A stretch of DNA of 64,000 nt from contig OZ024740.1 in the NCBI GenBank assembly GCA_964016885.1, positions 271,808,001 through 271,872,000 of the forward strand, in the 5' to 3' direction. Position 1 is the first letter of the stretch. The number at the start of each line of letters is the position of its first letter. The DNA comes from Eledone cirrhosa (taxonomy: Eukaryota). Shown here piece by piece: positions 63,008-64,000 of the stretch. A program made the position numbers and the translations under genes. The notes below the pieces were generated by a model. It ran no database searches, was not told the origin of the DNA, and saw only the letters and a list, made by a program, of their open reading frames with translations.

Positions 63008-63444
63008 GGCGCATGGCTTAGTGGTTAGAGCATTGGGCTTGCAATCGAAAGGTTGTGAGTTCAATTTTTGGACCAGGTGATGTGTTGTTTCCTTGAGCAA
63101 GACACTTTATTTCACATTGCTCCAGTTTACTCAGCTGTAGAAATGAGATGATAGGACTGGGGTCCCTATCATTCCACTGCAAAGTGGTCGTGGAGGTGCC
63201 ATGGCAAAAAAGCACCCAGCTCATACTGTAAAGTGGATGTGTAGGCGCCACGGAAAAAAAGCACCCAGCATCATTGTAAATGAGGTTGGTGTTAGGAAGG
63301 GCATCCAGCTGTAGAAATCAAGCCAGAATCAGTTCCCGTATGAGCAAGACATGGTCAGCTGACCGGACACTGCCCACAACAGGACAACCCGTCTAACCCA
63401 TGCTAGCGTGGAAGAACGGACGTAAAATGGTGATGATGATGATG
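63008..63444 (+). mobile_element. Full-length family B tRNA-derived SINE with RTE-like tail
   Basis: A box tggcttagtgg, B-box-like gagttcaatt, core ccttgagcaagacacttta, tail ggacgtaaaatggtgatgatgat. Confidence 0.85.
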
Positions 63445-63467
63445 TTCTAAGCTGTGGTGTCACAGCT

Positions 63468-63557
63468 ATCTCAGTAGCCGAGTGAGAATGCCAGACTCTA
63501 GAGTTTCAGAATTTTTTAATCCATCATCAGTGATGTTTTCTCACTTGGGACAGAGAT
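63468..63557 (-). ncRNA. Extended type I hammerhead ribozyme, copy 1 (predicted cleavage after GUC at 63494)
   Basis: Minus strand: AGTGAGAA-AACA-TCA-CTGATGA-T-GGATT(AAAA)AATTC-T-GAAA-CTCTAGAG-TC/TGG-CA-TTCTCACT. Confidence 0.85.
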
Positions 63558-63760
63558 AAGAATAAGCTATAGCTTATATGTTCTTTGCATATAAAACATC
63601 TGGAAAAGTTCATTTGCATTTAGTGCATGTCTAACTTGGCTAGGATTAATTAGCAGTAGCTCTAGCATAGCCTGATTCATAAGAGAATTATATCTTAAAG
63701 CATATATAATATATTTATGTAAAATAAACATATATGTCTCGCTATGAATATTCTAAAGCT

Positions 63761-63848
63761 ATCTCAGTTGCCATGTGAGAATGCCAGACACCAGTGTTTC
63801 AGGATTTTTAAATCCATCCTCAGTGATGTTTACTCACTCAGTACTGAG
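63761..63848 (-). ncRNA. Extended type I hammerhead ribozyme, copy 2 (predicted cleavage after GUC at 63787)
   Basis: Minus strand: GTGAGTA-AACA-TCA-CTGAGGA-T-GGATT(TAAA)AATCC-T-GAAA-CACTGGTG-TC/TGG-CA-TTCTCAC. Confidence 0.85.
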
Positions 63849-64000
63849 AAAAGAATAAACTATAGCTTAGCAGATGTTTTATATGCAAAAAGTATATAAG
63901 CTTATTAAAACATTCTGAAACAACTAAAAAACATTCATAGTGAAACCTATATATGTTTATTAAACATAAACATATCATATATACCTACACATACACCTCT

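Noticed and set aside
63008-63080. tRNA gene
   Set aside because: The A/B boxes belong to a SINE head. There is no complete cloverleaf and the sequence continues into the SINE body.

Overview
AT-rich, repeat-dense eukaryotic DNA. The SINE families and (TA)n/(CAT)n arrays look like an octopod (cephalopod) genome; that assignment is inference. Most entries in the ORF track are spurious. Three real genes are readable. (1) Xylulose kinase XYLB on the minus strand, exons 1-5 (35813 down to 4652), continuing off the left edge. (2) A complete USP34 deubiquitinase encoded as one uninterrupted 11.3-kb ORF (3758 aa from the ATG at 34550), nested on the same strand inside the 24.5-kb first intron of XYLB, about 1.2 kb downstream of XYLB exon 1. 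(3) ZNF236 on the plus strand, first three coding exons (45349-61294), divergent from XYLB/USP34. Introns hold CR1 and RTE LINE fragments, two tRNA-type SINE families, piggyBac/pogo/mariner/hAT MITEs and a Helitron. I also found eight hammerhead-ribozyme motifs of several designs. These include a tandem pair of extended type I hammerheads 293 nt apart (retrozyme-like) and an inverted pair in a fold-back element. The main highlights are the giant intronless nested USP34 and the hammerhead repertoire. All structures were folded by eye, and repeat boundaries are approximate.
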